Source of the DNA: Lingula anatina
Lineage: Eukaryota > Animalia > Brachiopoda
Length of the DNA stretch: 64,000 nt
Assembly (NCBI GenBank): GCA_051362555.1
Contig: CM120646.1
Coordinates: 9,300,001 to 9,364,000 of the forward strand
Direction of reading: 5' to 3'
This document shows positions 42,436-55,512 of the stretch, in pieces. The stretch's first letter is position 1. The number at the start of each line of letters is the position of its first letter. A program made the position numbers and the translations under genes. The notes below the pieces were generated by a model. It was not told the DNA's origin, made no database searches, and saw nothing but the letters and a program-made list of their open reading frames with translations.

Positions 42436-43720
42436 GTCGGCTTTGCATCCGGGGACCCCCCCCCCCCCCCCCCATTTCAAATAGTCCTGGATCAGCCCCT
42501 GTTATACTACTAAAATTATTAACATACCTGATCTCTTCACTCGTGCTTGAAGGGGTGTATCATGCAATTCCTCCTCTGAAAGGCTAAAAAATCCATTCCT
42601 TATAATCATATTCATTGACAATATTATTAAATTTACAAATAAGTTAATGTAGTTACGTGTCGTACAAAGAACACCCTCTATCCCCACTAGTACTCGAGTT
42701 ACATTGTATATCTCATGGGATTCCCCTGTGAGAATATGGTGTGAGGTTAGTCTGTAAGTACTGGTAGATTACCACATTGAGCAGAAAAGGGTATTCCTCC
42801 TGCTTTACAGAACTATACACCTCAGGGGTAAAGTGCACTATCTCGCTTCATATAACTAGTAGTACGTACCCAGTGCGAGTGATTTGGCTGTGAGTGCGTT
42901 ACCCGAGGAAACGTTAATTATTAGCAGTTATCTACACTTTTAAACTTCCTCTGCCAGACATTTTGATTTCCACTGCCACCTTCCCATTTTAAAGTACTTT
43001 TGGTAAATATAACTCGCTTACCTGCAAAGATTCGGTGAGCAATTCCTCTTCTCCTTCACATCCACGCTCACCTTTGAAACGACATGCTGTCTGCATTGTT
43101 TACATCTCATAACTGAGTAGAGAAGCCGCGTTATTTCAAATTGTGTCAAGATGGCTGACGCCCGGGGTTTGAAAGGGGACGGTGAATATGATTCTTTTTT
43201 GCGATATTGATTAAGGCCATTTATGTGCCATTTTATGTTTTAAATATAGCAATTGTTCTCAGATAAGTTCAAAAAGAAGCAATCCATGCACTAAGAAAGT
43301 GTTTCAGATCCTATTTTTTGTCCCTTTAAATAATTCACAACAACTGATGCATCTGACTGTGTTGATATTTGGATGTGCTGGTGGAATGCCCTTTTGAAAA
43401 TATTAGAATAAAAGGGAAAGTTCCCCCTGTTGTAAAAACACACTAATATTGCACATCAGCAGTATTCATATAACTATAACAAAAATCATCTTCATAAAGA
43501 TCAGTTTGAAATCATAAATATATATGCTGTACTAGGTCTATAAAAATGAGCCTTCCTAGACATTCTTCACTGATGCATAGAAATTTATCTAATTTGCTGT
43601 TTAATCTTGTATGCACACACACACATTCCTAAACTGCCACAACACTGAATATTCCAGGCTCACTTAGTGGCAAGAACAGCCACAGGTACTGACAGAACAA
43701 GAACACTCCATGATATTTAC

Positions 43721-43815
43721 CAAATGTTTAACAGCACTGTAGAGGTGAGCTCTTCCAGCAGGTGAGGAAAGATCTGCCACCACCCACATGGTGATAGGGT
43801 GCTTGTCTGCCTCCT
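43721..43815 (-). CDS. UGGT1: UGGT exon (EADKHPITMWVVADLSSPAGRAHLYSAVKHL)
   Basis: Matches the PVT.W.V.D..SPSGR motif; ttcag acceptor and gtaaat donor. Confidence 0.92.
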
Positions 43816-44134
43816 CTGAAAATTAAAGAACACAGAGTTCACATATTTGCCAATTTTCTTGTCAAGCTTTCAGAACTTTGTTATCCAATCCTTTGGAGAA
43901 TTAACATTGATTCTAGTTTATCATGACATACCATACAGCATATAAAAAATACAACAAAGTAAAACTAAAAAGCAAATCACTTCCACAGTTTTATTTCTTT
44001 AGCCAGGTAACCCACTTTAATGCTCCCATGTTGATTCAACACTGATCCAACAAAATGTTAAATTATGTTATCTACCATGATTATGCACATCTACTAAAAT
44101 AGATTTACACACAAAGGGTACAAATCATTGAATA

Positions 44135-44501
44135 ATTAGAAAAGCACTCAGAGAGTGCAGACCTCTGCCAAGGCAGCAAAGTCTCCATCCAAAGCTGTTT
44201 CACGCCTAATTTTTCAATATTTTTTATTACTGATTGATTATTGATCCGGATCACCACCAAAAACTAATCATCTGTTCCTTGGCCCACTTCCGACAGTTCC
44301 TGAAAATTTCATCAAAATCGGTCCATAACTTAGTTTTTTGGTTATTGATTGATTATTGATCCGGATCACCACCAAAAACTAATCACTTCTAAGTTAACCC
44401 ATTTCTGACCTACCCTGAAAATTCCATCGAACTTTTTGAGTTATATTTATGACAAACAAACAAACAAACAGAGGTGAAAACATAACCTCCTTGGCGGAGG
44501 T
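44135..44501 (+). mobile_element. HINE-like element, family B
   Basis: Same termini as 35437-35747; internal duplicated unit and (aaac)n. Confidence 0.8.
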
Positions 44502-44926
44502 AATTAGATGCATGTAAAAACTCCTTTTGGTGTCTGGATGATACTAAAGGTTACCAAATCCTTAATGTGTCATCTGAATTACATATAGTATTATAAAAAA
44601 TGAAAAAATAAACTTTATTTAAAACTGGTCCAATCAAACTGTTTTTTTTTTTTGATCTATACTTTCCTAATATTCATCAGTCCTGTAAATTTGAAGACAA
44701 TGGGTCAAATGGTTTTCTACTTAACATGTCATCTCTAAAAGTGCATCGTGATGACAACAGCAACAAAATGATGGCAAATGTAAACACCATGTATGTACAT
44801 AATAAAAGTGCAAGTCTCATAGCATATATACTGCTATGGGAAGAAGATGGGAAGAGCAACATGGAACAATTAGGATCTGGACTAAATGAAAAGTCAACAG
44901 TAGCAGTACAAACACAGTTTCCCTAC

Positions 44927-45025
44927 CTTGGCGTTTCATATATACCATGCTAGCAGCTAGTGATGCAGTCAGTTCTTTGTTGGTCATATCAGTGTATGTG
45001 CCAGCTTTGTTCACGTCTATCAAAC
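44927..45025 (-). CDS. UGGT1: UGGT exon (LIDVNKAGTYTDMTNKELTASLAASMVYMKRQ)
   Basis: Lies within ORF 44817-45083; ttcag acceptor and gtaggg donor; phase 1 at both ends. Confidence 0.8.
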
Positions 45026-45537
45026 CTGAAATTTTGTCATATAAACATATTTCAAAGAATCTTTGTATAATACAATATTTCAAATTATTATCACTTCAAC
45101 TATTACTTACAGACATCTGATAACATAAAGAATACAGGAACTCTCTTTCACTGTTATAAATATGGACAGCCCACTTAACCTTTCTTTTTTTGTTTCAAAG
45201 ATATACATAAATTCCTTTTTAAGGCCTATTCATAAAAACTTTCATGTTCTGCGGTTTATACAAATACTTACTCAAAGAAAGACAATATCCAATACTTTAT
45301 ATTTCTTTTCACATATCTACTGGTTGAACTAGAGGATCAGAGAGGCGATACCGCCTCCGAATATTGTACCACCAGCTGGAGTAAGCGCATTCGTATAGAC
45401 CCCACACAAAATAAGGGACACAGCCACCAGTCTTGTGCTTGACAAGCTGTAAAAATGCAATCAACAAGAATTTTCAAAATATGCAAAAAATATATATTAC
45501 TAAAAATGGTACAATCAAAGTTTAATTCATCGCAAGG

Positions 45538-46235
45538 TAGGTCAAAGGTCAATTTCAAGGTCACAGTAAATTGCCAGTATATGACTTCCTATTCAACTTC
45601 AATAGTAACTATGGACCTATCTCTGCCAGGTTTGGAGTTAAAAGAGAAAGAAATCAGCAGAGTTACGTTCATGATAATAAATAGGTCAAAGGTCAATTTC
45701 AAGGTCACAGTAAGATTGCCAGTATATGACTTCCTATTCAAGTTCAATAGTAACTATGGACCTATCTCTGCCAATTTTGGAGATAAAAGGGAAGCAAAAT
45801 TTGCAAAGTTATATTCGTGGTGAAAAGTAGGTCAAAGGTCAATTTCAAGGTCACAGTAAGATTGCCAGTATATGACTTCCCATTCAAGTTCAATAGTAAC
45901 TATGGACCTATCTCTGCCAGTTTTGGAGATAAAAGGGAAGCAAAATTTGCAAAGTTCAGTTCATGATGAAAAGTAGGTCAAAGGTCAATTTCAATGTCAC
46001 AGTAAGATTGCCATTATATGACTTACTATTCAAGTTCAATAGTAACTATGGACCTATCTCTGCCAGTTTTGGAGATGGAGATAAAAGGGAAGCAAAATTT
46101 GCAAAGTTCAGTTCATGATAATAAATAGGTCAAAGGTCAATTTCAAGGTCACAGTAAGATTGCCAGTATATGACTTCCTATTCAAGTTCAATAGTAACTA
46201 TGGACCTATCTCTGCCAGTTTTGGAGATATAAGGG
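45538..46235. repeat. ~146-bp tandem repeat, ~5 copies
   Basis: aggtcaaaggtcaatttcaaggtcacagtaagattgccagtatatgacttcctattcaag at ~45539, 45682, 45829, 45975 and 46126. Confidence 0.95.
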
Positions 46236-46624
46236 ACTAAATGTTATAATTTTGGAGTTACCATAATGTGCCATAAATTTCCTACAGAAAAAATTAATTA
46301 AAATAAAGAAATGGTCACTTTGGTCAAAATTCCTGAAATGGGAGGTGCTCTGAAGTTCCAGATGTTCAAATTTGATGAAATAATGTCATTTTTGACCACA
46401 AGTTGTCTGCTTTGCCAAGCCTTATGTTTTATTTTTCCGGTGTTCAAAATTTATTATCCATTACCGTACTGCACATTTTGCTTTCACCACCAATATGTAC
46501 TTTTTGATACAGCGTAACTTGAAAACCATATGGAATACAAAAAAACGGACACCACCCCAGTGTTGGGCTTTACATGCTCTACAAAATGCAAAAAAGAATG
46601 GGTCTCTAGCATTAACGGTTCCCC

Positions 46625-48167
46625 AATAGAGGCTGTCCGGGTTCTCAACGAGAAGACCACATTTCCCCGTGATTTTACGAGATCTGCCTTGAGGTGGGGT
46701 TAAAATATGGAGACCACAAGGAAGTAGAGCAGCGATTTCTTTACTTGAAAAATAGCTGAACTTGCAAAATTTTTGAGCTACAGGCTTGTTCTTTTTTCAC
46801 TTTATAAAGAAAAAGTATTGATATAATATGTACGTACAACTGACATGAGATTCACTTGCAACCTTTTTGTCACTTTATGGGAGTGACATGACTGTTTTGC
46901 TTTCAATGAGATCAATGTTGAAAGTAGGTCCATGTACATTCTACAAGCATTGGACATTTGTAAATAAAATAATCCAGTGCTGTCAAGGGCTTAATTGCTT
47001 CATTTTTAGGTTAACACAATTACTAAATTTAAATTGTTAACTATAGCTTATTGCAATATGAAATTTCCTACTTCTGTTTTTTTTTTTTTGCAAATATTCT
47101 TCAATCGGTGTTGGCTACAAACTTCTTTTTTTCACTATTTCCCAGATGTAGATGTCAAGAACTTAATATAGTTATCCACTCTTTTTCATTTTTAAATTGT
47201 CACTGTATATTACTGTCTTTGGGATTTTAAAGAGATGCTTGTCTAAACGTGCCAGTGGATGCAAAATAGACATATTAAAGATATTGTTCATTTTTGATTG
47301 TTCTTCATTGGCTGGTCATTTCATGAGATCCGTTTGAACAACAAAAACTTTATAACTGCAACTAATTTTTCTTTATAAATGTTTTACTATTAAACTTTAT
47401 TTATAAAGAAGTAAAATAAAATCATTTTGGGGGGGTTCGGGGGATTCGAAAGAACCACCCTTTTTGCTGGGAAAAGGTCCACTCTGGGTACAATTTGATC
47501 TATGTACTTGAGGATTTTATGGTAAAAGGTCCACTTTTCAGAAAACGAGCCCCCTCTAAAATTGCTGGCTACGGGCCTGGTTACCGTAAAAGACTATTAA
47601 TCACAAGTACTAGGGCTGTATTACATTAATAAACCATGGTGTCCTGTAAACTACACACACAAAACTTATTAATATGCCCCTCTACCGTTGATGATACGGT
47701 CTATACGGTGATGCCTTGAAGCCAGTGACGTGTCGGGGGCTAGTTGTCTGCAATTGGTCCCTTTCTTCCTACAAAATACTGCGACCTGATCTGTACTTTA
47801 AATATGTCGGCACTTAGTCCTTTTAATCTGATCAAGCCCAACTTCTCTTTCTTTACATCACTTCTCTCGCCAGTAGTGTCCGTCATCCATGGTCATTTTC
47901 CTGGTTTTCTCGCTTAGCTTTAACTGCAATGCACCCTACGACACAACATTAGCAATTCGCCATTGCGTTGCTTTATCTCAAATTACATGACAACGCCAAA
48001 TTTTACTCAATGCAATCCTATAACATAGACTTGTGCCCAACCGCGAGAGAAGTTTCAATGGCAGATTTTAACCCCACCTCTCGTGAAATCTCGCTCCAAT
48101 CCAGGTCTCGTTTGACGTCATCTGCTGCGCAGATGTTCAAAATAGGCTATCTCGGATGTTCCCTATT
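46625..48167. mobile_element. ~1.5-kb insertion with imperfect AATAG...CTATT ends inside family C
   Basis: Absent from the homologous copy at ~63450-63480, where the flanks are contiguous. Confidence 0.55.
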
Positions 48168-48877
48168 AGAGACAGTTTTCAGTTTCGGTATCTTACGGCC
48201 GCTACTCCCGTGAAAATGCACCGATTGACCCCAAATTCACAGAAATGAATGATGACCTGAAGGGTAACACTTTCCAATAATATTATTGGTTAAGTCTGTG
48301 TGGTGTCTGAATAACAGGGCAAGTGATTTTTTTTTCGTAAAAAAATTCATTTTTTTGAAAATTTTGGCCCTTTTGACCTTGAAATAAAGGTAAAGGGTCA
48401 AATCCAAGGGCATTTTGAAATCTTCACATATGACTTTTGGAAAGCTGTCTGTAGAAATTTTTCCCATAATTCCTTCCGTAGGGTAGATAATTAGCATTTA
48501 ATTTTGCCATTTGTAGACAAGGGTGCATTGCAATGAGTGCCACACCTAGACCCCAATACCGACAAAGCCCAAATTTTACGTGGAACGAGTTGAGATTATA
48601 GGTGACCTAAATCCAAGAGATGGGTACGGGGGCCCTTACCGTCTAGGAGGAGAAGCGGTAACGGTAGCCATCCGGCGGAGCCAGCGGAGCCGCAGGAGCC
48701 GGCGGAACGATCCGGACGGGACTTAAACCATGTGTACCGCCAGCGCTAACGCTGGTGGTACAATTTATTCTTATGAGTTAGAATCAACAATTTAATGTGA
48801 TAAAATATTCAGCCACATTTCAAGCAACTGTAAAAGGATATTTTGTAATTCTTGTTCCCCACTGATCTGCTACTGAT

Positions 48878-49004
48878 CTGCATCATGTCCAAACTGCAGG
48901 TACCTCTTGTCCTTGGTGTCCAGTATCTGGTCATTCAGTCTTGGCAAAACATCCTCTTTTTCCATTATCCAGTCCAACACATTATCTCTGTCAGTCAGTT
49001 CACC
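48878..49004 (-). CDS. UGGT1: UGGT exon with defective donor (GELTDRDNVLDWIMEKEDVLPRLNDQILDTKDKRYLQFGHDA)
   Basis: VLPRLN motif; acag acceptor. The phase-1 boundary reads G|atcagt instead of G|gtcagt. Confidence 0.85.
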
Positions 49005-49669
49005 CTGTCAAATTATGATAGCTTCCTGTGTAATGATGACAAAAAAGGCAAATCTTTTCTTAAGACACTAGTAAAGGTTTCTACCTACTGAACATTGGAG
49101 TCATCCTCACAGAGTATGACATCCCAAACGACAGACTGCACACACAGTTTAATATTTTTGATGTAAACTATGTTAATACTGAGCATTTTCAGTCTAGTTA
49201 GGGCTAAAACCAAGACACCTCCTACACACAAGCTGGTAGTACTATAACTATACACACAGAAACCAAGCACCCCCCCCCCCCAACTTTGGGGGACACAGAA
49301 AATTTCACTATATGCCCCCCCCCCCCCAACTATATGCTTGCCATTTTTAGTGGTGGGTAATTACATGTTTAAAATTGATATCCATCAGCCATGAATTCAT
49401 TAAAAAAATTTAACATTTAAAAATCATCTGATTTCAAGTTACATGTTTTTACTTTCAGTAAAATGATAAAATTCATTAACTTTCATTTTAAACTTTTATT
49501 ATTGACTTTTTCAATCCAGTTAATTCAGTTGAAAAAAAAACTAAAGATACAAGTTGCACATGTTCCAGGAATTACATGAATTCTTTAAACACAACACAAT
49601 GGTGTAGGAAATAAGGTGTCTTAAGTCTGAATGTGTGCTGTTTTAAAACAATTTTATCTTTATTCTTAC

Positions 49670-49834
49670 CTTATAGACAGCCTTTTGGAAGTCTGGAGTC
49701 TGTTTCATTATCTCCATAACCACACCTTCCTCAAAACTGTCTTGGTTAAGTGTCTCTTTCTTGAGAGGAACCCCATTTAGGAGAACTTGAGGCAGTGAGG
49801 TGAGGCCAATGAGGGAGAAGTACTCTGCAGAACT
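49670..49834 (-). CDS. UGGT1: UGGT exon (SSAEYFSLIGLTSLPQVLLNGVPLKKETLNQDSFEEGVVMEIMKQTPDFQKAVYK)
   Basis: LPQVLLNGVP and FQKAVY motifs; acag acceptor and gtaag donor; 165 nt. Confidence 0.93.
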
Positions 49835-50627
49835 CTGTTATCATGAAAGAAATGACACATTGAATAATAAACCTTAGTGGACTGATTGGTTGACTACTTG
49901 GTTTTAAAACAAGATTTGGGCTTATTTTATCTTTATCATGTATTATATGTATTAGGACAATAAAACATTAATTCATGGTGTCTCAGGCTTAGAGTTATTT
50001 CTGATTCTCTAACAATTAAATATGTTGAAGCTCATTTCTTCTATTTGCATCATACGTTTAGTCATTTTTGTTCATAAATAAAAAAGTGTACTAAAAAGAT
50101 AATAAGAATTAAAATCCTGAGTTAAAATGATTATCATCAACGACAGAAGCTCTTAAAACACCTCTTACTGCCTTTAAAAGTTAAAAAATCTCATGTGACT
50201 TGTCAAAAATGTAAACAAGCTGAATGCAACTGATAAAAGTAACTCACTGCCTGTGTCCTCCTCTTCTCTGTCTCTCAACACAGATACTGTCAATAGATAG
50301 TTCTCATTAATGAAAGCGATAGACAACATGATAGTAGCTTTTGCAGTAAGCCTTTCAGTGCTTCTCACTTCTTGCATAAACAATTCATAGAAAACAACAG
50401 TTTCTAATGCACTTGCTTGCATTCCTTTCTCCCATTATCACTTTCAGGTAATGGGCTAAGAATGCAAAAGTAGTGAGCAGTCAATTTCCTACAGTTTCTC
50501 TGTGCACAGCGATATGTGCTACCTAATATTTGTTTGTGTCTATGTCATAATTTTGACTGTCACAATATGTTGATGTCATACTGACTATCTAGGTATAAGG
50601 TGTGAGCATATACAGCACTCTACTTAC

Positions 50628-50756
50628 TATTCTACCATCATCATAATCTGAGTCTGAAGAAAACACCATGTTGACATCCTCATCTTGATACTGTGACCTG
50701 AATTCTGCAACCACTTGGTCTGCTGTCAAATCTCCAGCCTGGACCTTATCAAACAC
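50628..50756 (-). CDS. UGGT1: UGGT exon (VFDKVQAGDLTADQVVAEFRSQYQDEDVNMVFSSDSDYDDGRI)
   Basis: DSDYD motif; tcag acceptor and gtaagt donor; 129 nt. Confidence 0.88.
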
Positions 50757-51962
50757 CTGACAACAGATAATATAGGAACATCTTCACTACCCTTTTGAAC
50801 ACCGAGGGCTATCAGTTCATGCTCATATAGTCCAACAAATGATTTGTAAAGGAAAGAAAAACTCATACTGATGACAATGTATAATTACATTGATACTATC
50901 ACGTATAGAGTTATAAAATAGAGATTTCTGTTGTCAATATCAAGAACCATGCCAGGTTCCACATTTCTATGTTGCTAAGCACATGAACAATATGTAGTGC
51001 CTCAATATGAGAACCAGACAACTCTGGTGTTTTTAGCCTCCAAATTCTAAAAATACCAATTTAGCTAATAAATAGTCCGAGAACATCAGGTTTTTTTATG
51101 ATGAGATTGTATTTATTATAACATAAGATTACAACAATAACTAAGATATATTTTGATTTAGCTGATTCGAGATTTTATAACAAAACTTCTAATTTTTATG
51201 AGGCACCTCCCTTTCGAGATATTAAATCTGTCGGTCATATACCAGCAGTGCAAATCTATCACCTTATGTTGGTTAATTTCGCATGTGAACACGGGTTTTC
51301 TGATATGAATTATCTGAAATAAACCTTCCTACATTTTCAAATGCATTTTGTAGTAACATTGACATTAGCCAAGAAGAGTGTGTTCCTTATCAAAAATAGG
51401 GGAGGGGCGGAAATTCATTTGAGGCCACATATAACACTATAAATACTTAGGGAATCCCCTTATAATAAAAGCAAAATAAATGTTATTCAAAGGAAAGTCT
51501 GATGGATTTACCTTTAAATACATACAATCAACAGAACATTTCCAATATACTTTCTCAAAACGACACCAGAAAGCAAATTAAATCAAATCAATCAGATGGT
51601 AACACCGGTAGGCTTTGTCAATTTCATCAATTTATTTCAAAGAGCTCTGTAATGTCCACTGAATTGAAATGCCAAATGCAACTACATAAAATTGAGCTAC
51701 ATTTTCAGTATGCTACCACAATATGCATAAAAATCAACACATCTCTGTCAGTATCAAGATCTGATTGATCAAGTATCTAGTGACACAAATGTAAACGTAA
51801 GTTTTACCCCAGTAACATGCTATATGTTGCAGTGACTATCCCTTAGATTGCCCCTTATCTTCATCACTTGTACAGCTACCAGAGCACTTGAAAAGAATTC
51901 AATCAAGGTATGAAAAAGCTTAGTTCCTAGAACTAGCAGTTTTATAAGTATCAGTCACTTAC

Positions 51963-52098
51963 ATCAGTAAGAAAAGAAAGAGCAGCAGACACAGTGTTGG
52001 CTGTTTTCACAAAGTTGAAAGCCCTGTAGAGGGCGACACCTGCATCCTGTTCTCCATCCACTTCCTTCTCATTGTTCACTACAAACAGTAAGCCTAGT
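51963..52098 (-). CDS. UGGT1: UGGT exon (LGLLFVVNNEKEVDGEQDAGVALYRAFNFVKTANTVSAALSFLTD)
   Basis: DG.QDAGVA motif; ccag acceptor and gtaagt donor. Confidence 0.92.
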
Positions 52099-52592
52099 CT
52101 GGAAACAGATCAGCATGTTAACAGATGTCACTGGATTGTGTGCCTGTGCTTGTGCATGTGTGTGTGTGTGTGACAGAAGCTATTTAAAACAAACCACCAA
52201 CCTTCAGTATTAGTAAGCCATTTTCTAATAATTACAAAAGGGTTGAACTCCTAAGCCAAAAAATATTAATGTTGAGAAGGTTCAACTTGGTACTTCAAAC
52301 ACACCGTACAAAATGTTAAGTGTAAAAAGTAACTACACTCCCTTGCTTTCTTTGTCCCAAACATACCCACCAAGGCCTAGGTGTTGAGCTAAAAGTTGCT
52401 CACAATTTCCGTGTGCTTTAAAGGGCTTGCTAAATGACCACTAAACTATAAGACATCTCAGCCACAAAGTTTGATTTGATTGGCTAACAGCACATCTATC
52501 GAAAGCACTGATGTGTGAAAGTAATAGCACAGTAGGGATCAAAGTAGAGGTCAGATGACTAAAAGAGTACAATGTGACATTAAATGTTTTAC

Positions 52593-52678
52593 CTGATTGG
52601 GGCATTGTGCACATAGAATGATTCTGCCATCTTCAGCAAATCTCTGGCATCTGGCTGGGAAGGATCCACCATAAATAC
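52593..52678 (-). CDS. UGGT1: UGGT exon (VFMVDPSQPDARDLLKMAESFYVHNAPIR)
   Basis: aag acceptor and gtaaaa donor; phase fits both neighbours. Confidence 0.9.
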
Positions 52679-53099
52679 CTTGTGAAGACATATCAGAAGT
52701 TAATAAATGTTTTTGTCATTAATACATGCAATACTAGTAGGTAAAAGCTATCAAATATGCATTCACTTTATAAACATATTCGTTACTATTGTTCCATTTA
52801 AATAAACTGGCACATTGCACTAAACATGGAAAAAGTTTATGAACAGTGGATTATCTGCCCCTCAAACCATGACTATTTTACACAAGTTCTCATTCTATAT
52901 ACCATGCACACTTCATTTCACATTGCAATTAATACATTATGATTCAACAACAATATCTAAATAAGTCACAAAAAAGGTAAGAAAGATGGAAAAAAGATAC
53001 TGCCAGTTATCTAAAACAAAATTTGGGACATTTTCAAGTCAAAAATATTCCAAAGCCTAATAGGTCCAATAAAATAAGTAGTCCAATAATTTACATAAA

Positions 53100-53380
53100 A
53101 CAAGGCAGCAAAGGTGCCAAATGTACAAACACCAAGCAGTGCGGAAATAATTGATGCAAGTGTTTATTATAGTTTTAAGTGCATTTTAAGCATAATCATC
53201 ACCAATATTTGTGCCACAATTTGATACATCTTTCAGTCCCTAGAATCATTCATGTAAGTTGAAGAATAATAAGTAACACAATTTTCATTTAATATTGTTT
53301 ATGGCAGCACTGCACAAAATAAGCTTTTTGTTAATTCTATGTATTATTACATAATGATAAACAGAAAATGAACACCAATC
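53100..53380 (+). mobile_element. Diverged 5' fragment of family A
   Basis: Starts caaggcagcaaaggtgccaaatgtaca and shares the tgtaagttgaa.aataataagtaacaca block. Confidence 0.6.
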
Positions 53381-53560
53381 TAAAGAGTATCAGGACAATG
53401 CACCCCTGTAATGAATACTACTATACAAATGAACAATGTGAAACTGAGAAAAATTAAAGCACCTGCCTTTAATCAAAATGTATCTCCAGGCAGAGGTGGG
53501 TAAACAGATAATCTCACTTATCAAGGTATCCCTTTCATGAACTGACTCTTGTTATTGTTT

Positions 53561-53633
53561 TACCCCTCCCTCCCCCTGGTACCCCTCCCTCCCCCTGGTA
53601 CCCCTCTCTCCCCCTGGTACCCCTCCCTCCCCC
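53561..53633. repeat. 19-bp C-rich minisatellite (tacccctccctccccctgg) x~4
   Basis: Seen directly; flanked by a duplicated ggtaaacagataatctcact block. Confidence 0.85.
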
Positions 53634-54678
53634 AATAATTAAGGTGCATCACAGGGTGGGGTAAACAGATAATCTCACTCATACAGGTGTCCTTTTGATG
53701 AACTTACTGTCGGTTTAAATTGTTTCCTCACTACCCCTTGGAAAATTATTCTTTTTTTTCAGTTTCATTATTATTATTTACTTGACCTGTTATTCAAAAA
53801 CTCACTTAGATCAAATGATGTAAAACTAATAAAATGGTGCTATTTGTTTACTTAAAAATGATATGCAATGGCAAATTTACAAAACTTGCATCTTTTCAAT
53901 TTTATAATTTTAAGCAATAGCAACTGTATGTTTTGGCCAAAAAAGAAGATACTGTTTCATTCTTACCAAAGGTTAATGAATCTACTGGGACATTCGAAGA
54001 TAGTCCAAGTGGTCATATGGCAAGAACAGATTCCAGAAAAATTGTGATAATCAGTTTTTTGGTGGTAAAATGGAATTTATTATATATTCTCCGAGTTGTT
54101 TACAATGTATTCATTGTGAAATGATCTCATACAAACAGTTGTTATCCCTTTCAGATAAACTCTCATGGCTGTTTATGCTGGTAAGTGAGCTTCCTGAATC
54201 ATGTAATAATTAGCCAATACCTTTGTTTTTATTATACTTTTTGTCTCCTTTCTTATTATCAGTAAAATATTCAAGAAATGTATAAATGCCTCAAATAGAT
54301 AAATGAAAAGCAGCTATATTCTTTCCTGGGAAGAATGGGGGCTGGAAATATGGTCTGGCAAATGTGGTTTGAACAAATGTCAGACAGCATAAGCAAAGAT
54401 AACAGATACGGAGATGACAAAGACACATAATCTGAATACAAATAGTTTGTATATATTAAACAAGTAAAAGTTGTTTTAATTTCACATAGGCATAAAGATA
54501 AACTGAAATGAAGATTATTTAGGTCACCATTCCTATTTATTTTCTGTACAACATATGAAATAATGTTTCATATTAAATGCTTTTCTAGTTGTTAAAACCA
54601 TAAAAATTGTACTGAAGAGATTATATCAAAATTTGAAGAAAACATTACTAAAGAAATGGTATTTAAGAAAACACTGAC

Positions 54679-54798
54679 CATTGTAAAAAAGTTTTTGGCG
54701 ACATGTCTTAGCATCCCAGGGAAGGTGGGTCTGAACATGTCCTGAACACTGCTGGGCCACTGCTGGTATCTTCTGTCCTTCTCAAGATCATTGATATA
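54679..54798 (-). CDS. UGGT1: UGGT exon (YINDLEKDRRYQQWPSSVQDMFRPTFPGMLRHVAKNFFTM)
   Basis: Highly conserved UGGT motif; ttcag acceptor and gtcagt donor; 120 nt. Confidence 0.95.
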
Positions 54799-55046
54799 CT
54801 GAAATACAGGTATTATCTGAGTCTATCTAGGTGAATAAATAATCTATTCATTTTAATGACTTTGTTCTTTTACAAAATTATATTTTAGGTCAAAACAGGA
54901 GTCACCCAACATAAAGCTCTATCTCTATATGCACAACCTTATGTCAACCTTATAACAAATCCAATCATTCCAGTTAGAGAGTAACCCATCTGGAATTATT
55001 CATACAATTTGTTCCTGTCTGCCCAGATATTATTAGCTTCTCCATC

Positions 55047-55282
55047 CAGGCCTTAAAAATGGATTACGTGTTTACTAACACTACCCAAAGTTCTTTTAGC
55101 ACTAACACCATATTAACCAAATAACCAGTGAATCAACCAGCACACCAACGCGATTCCAAGCACTAATATTCATCCGCTCTGGTAGTGGAGGTTAATTTGC
55201 AGTTTATGTGGTTAATATAGGTGTTAGTGCTGAAAGATCTGCAGGTAGTGTTAGTAAACTCCTAATCCATTAATAAGGCCTG
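55047..55282. mobile_element. Palindromic MITE with long (~70-bp) imperfect TIRs, CAGGCCTTA ends
   Basis: caggccttaaaaatggatta...tttactaacactacc...agcactaacacc pairs with ggtgttagtgct...ggtagtgttagtaaa...taatccattaataaggcctg. Confidence 0.85.
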
Positions 55283-55425
55283 TCATCTCTTCGTCCCTTC
55301 CCTGACTGTCCATATATCATTTCTTTCATCTGTCTACCAACTACTTATGTTTATTTATCCATAAATTATTTGTGTTTGATTTTTTGCCCCTTCAACTTTC
55401 TGGGTAAATACTTTCTCTGGCTTAC

Positions 55426-55512
55426 CTGTATGGGCCCATTCCGGATATCTACAGCATAACTGGTAACTGTTTCTTTCAAGTCAAGCTTAAGGAGGCTACT
55501 TAGGCTTTCACC
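55426..55512 (-). CDS. UGGT1: UGGT exon (GESLSSLLKLDLKETVTSYAVDIRNGPIQ)
   Basis: YAVDIR motif; AG acceptor and gtaagc donor; 87 nt. Confidence 0.9.

Larger units (their letters stand above)
37963..43325. mobile_element. Decayed Kolobok-like DNA transposon (~5.4 kb) in a UGGT intron
   Basis: TTAA on both sides; imperfect TIR aaagacacaaaagaggat vs agggacaaaaaataggat (14/18); convergent spliced gene remnants, with DPDDPTWD and ERLFLTFECCLQDIF on +. Confidence 0.65.
45328..48762 (+). mobile_element. Helentron/HINE-like element, family C, with an internal 146-bp tandem array and a nested insertion
   Basis: 5' tgtaccaccagc (45366) pairs with 3' gctggtggtaca; terminal hairpin tgtaccgccagcg-ctaa-cgctggtggtaca; a homologous segment lies at 63400-64000. 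Confidence 0.7.
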
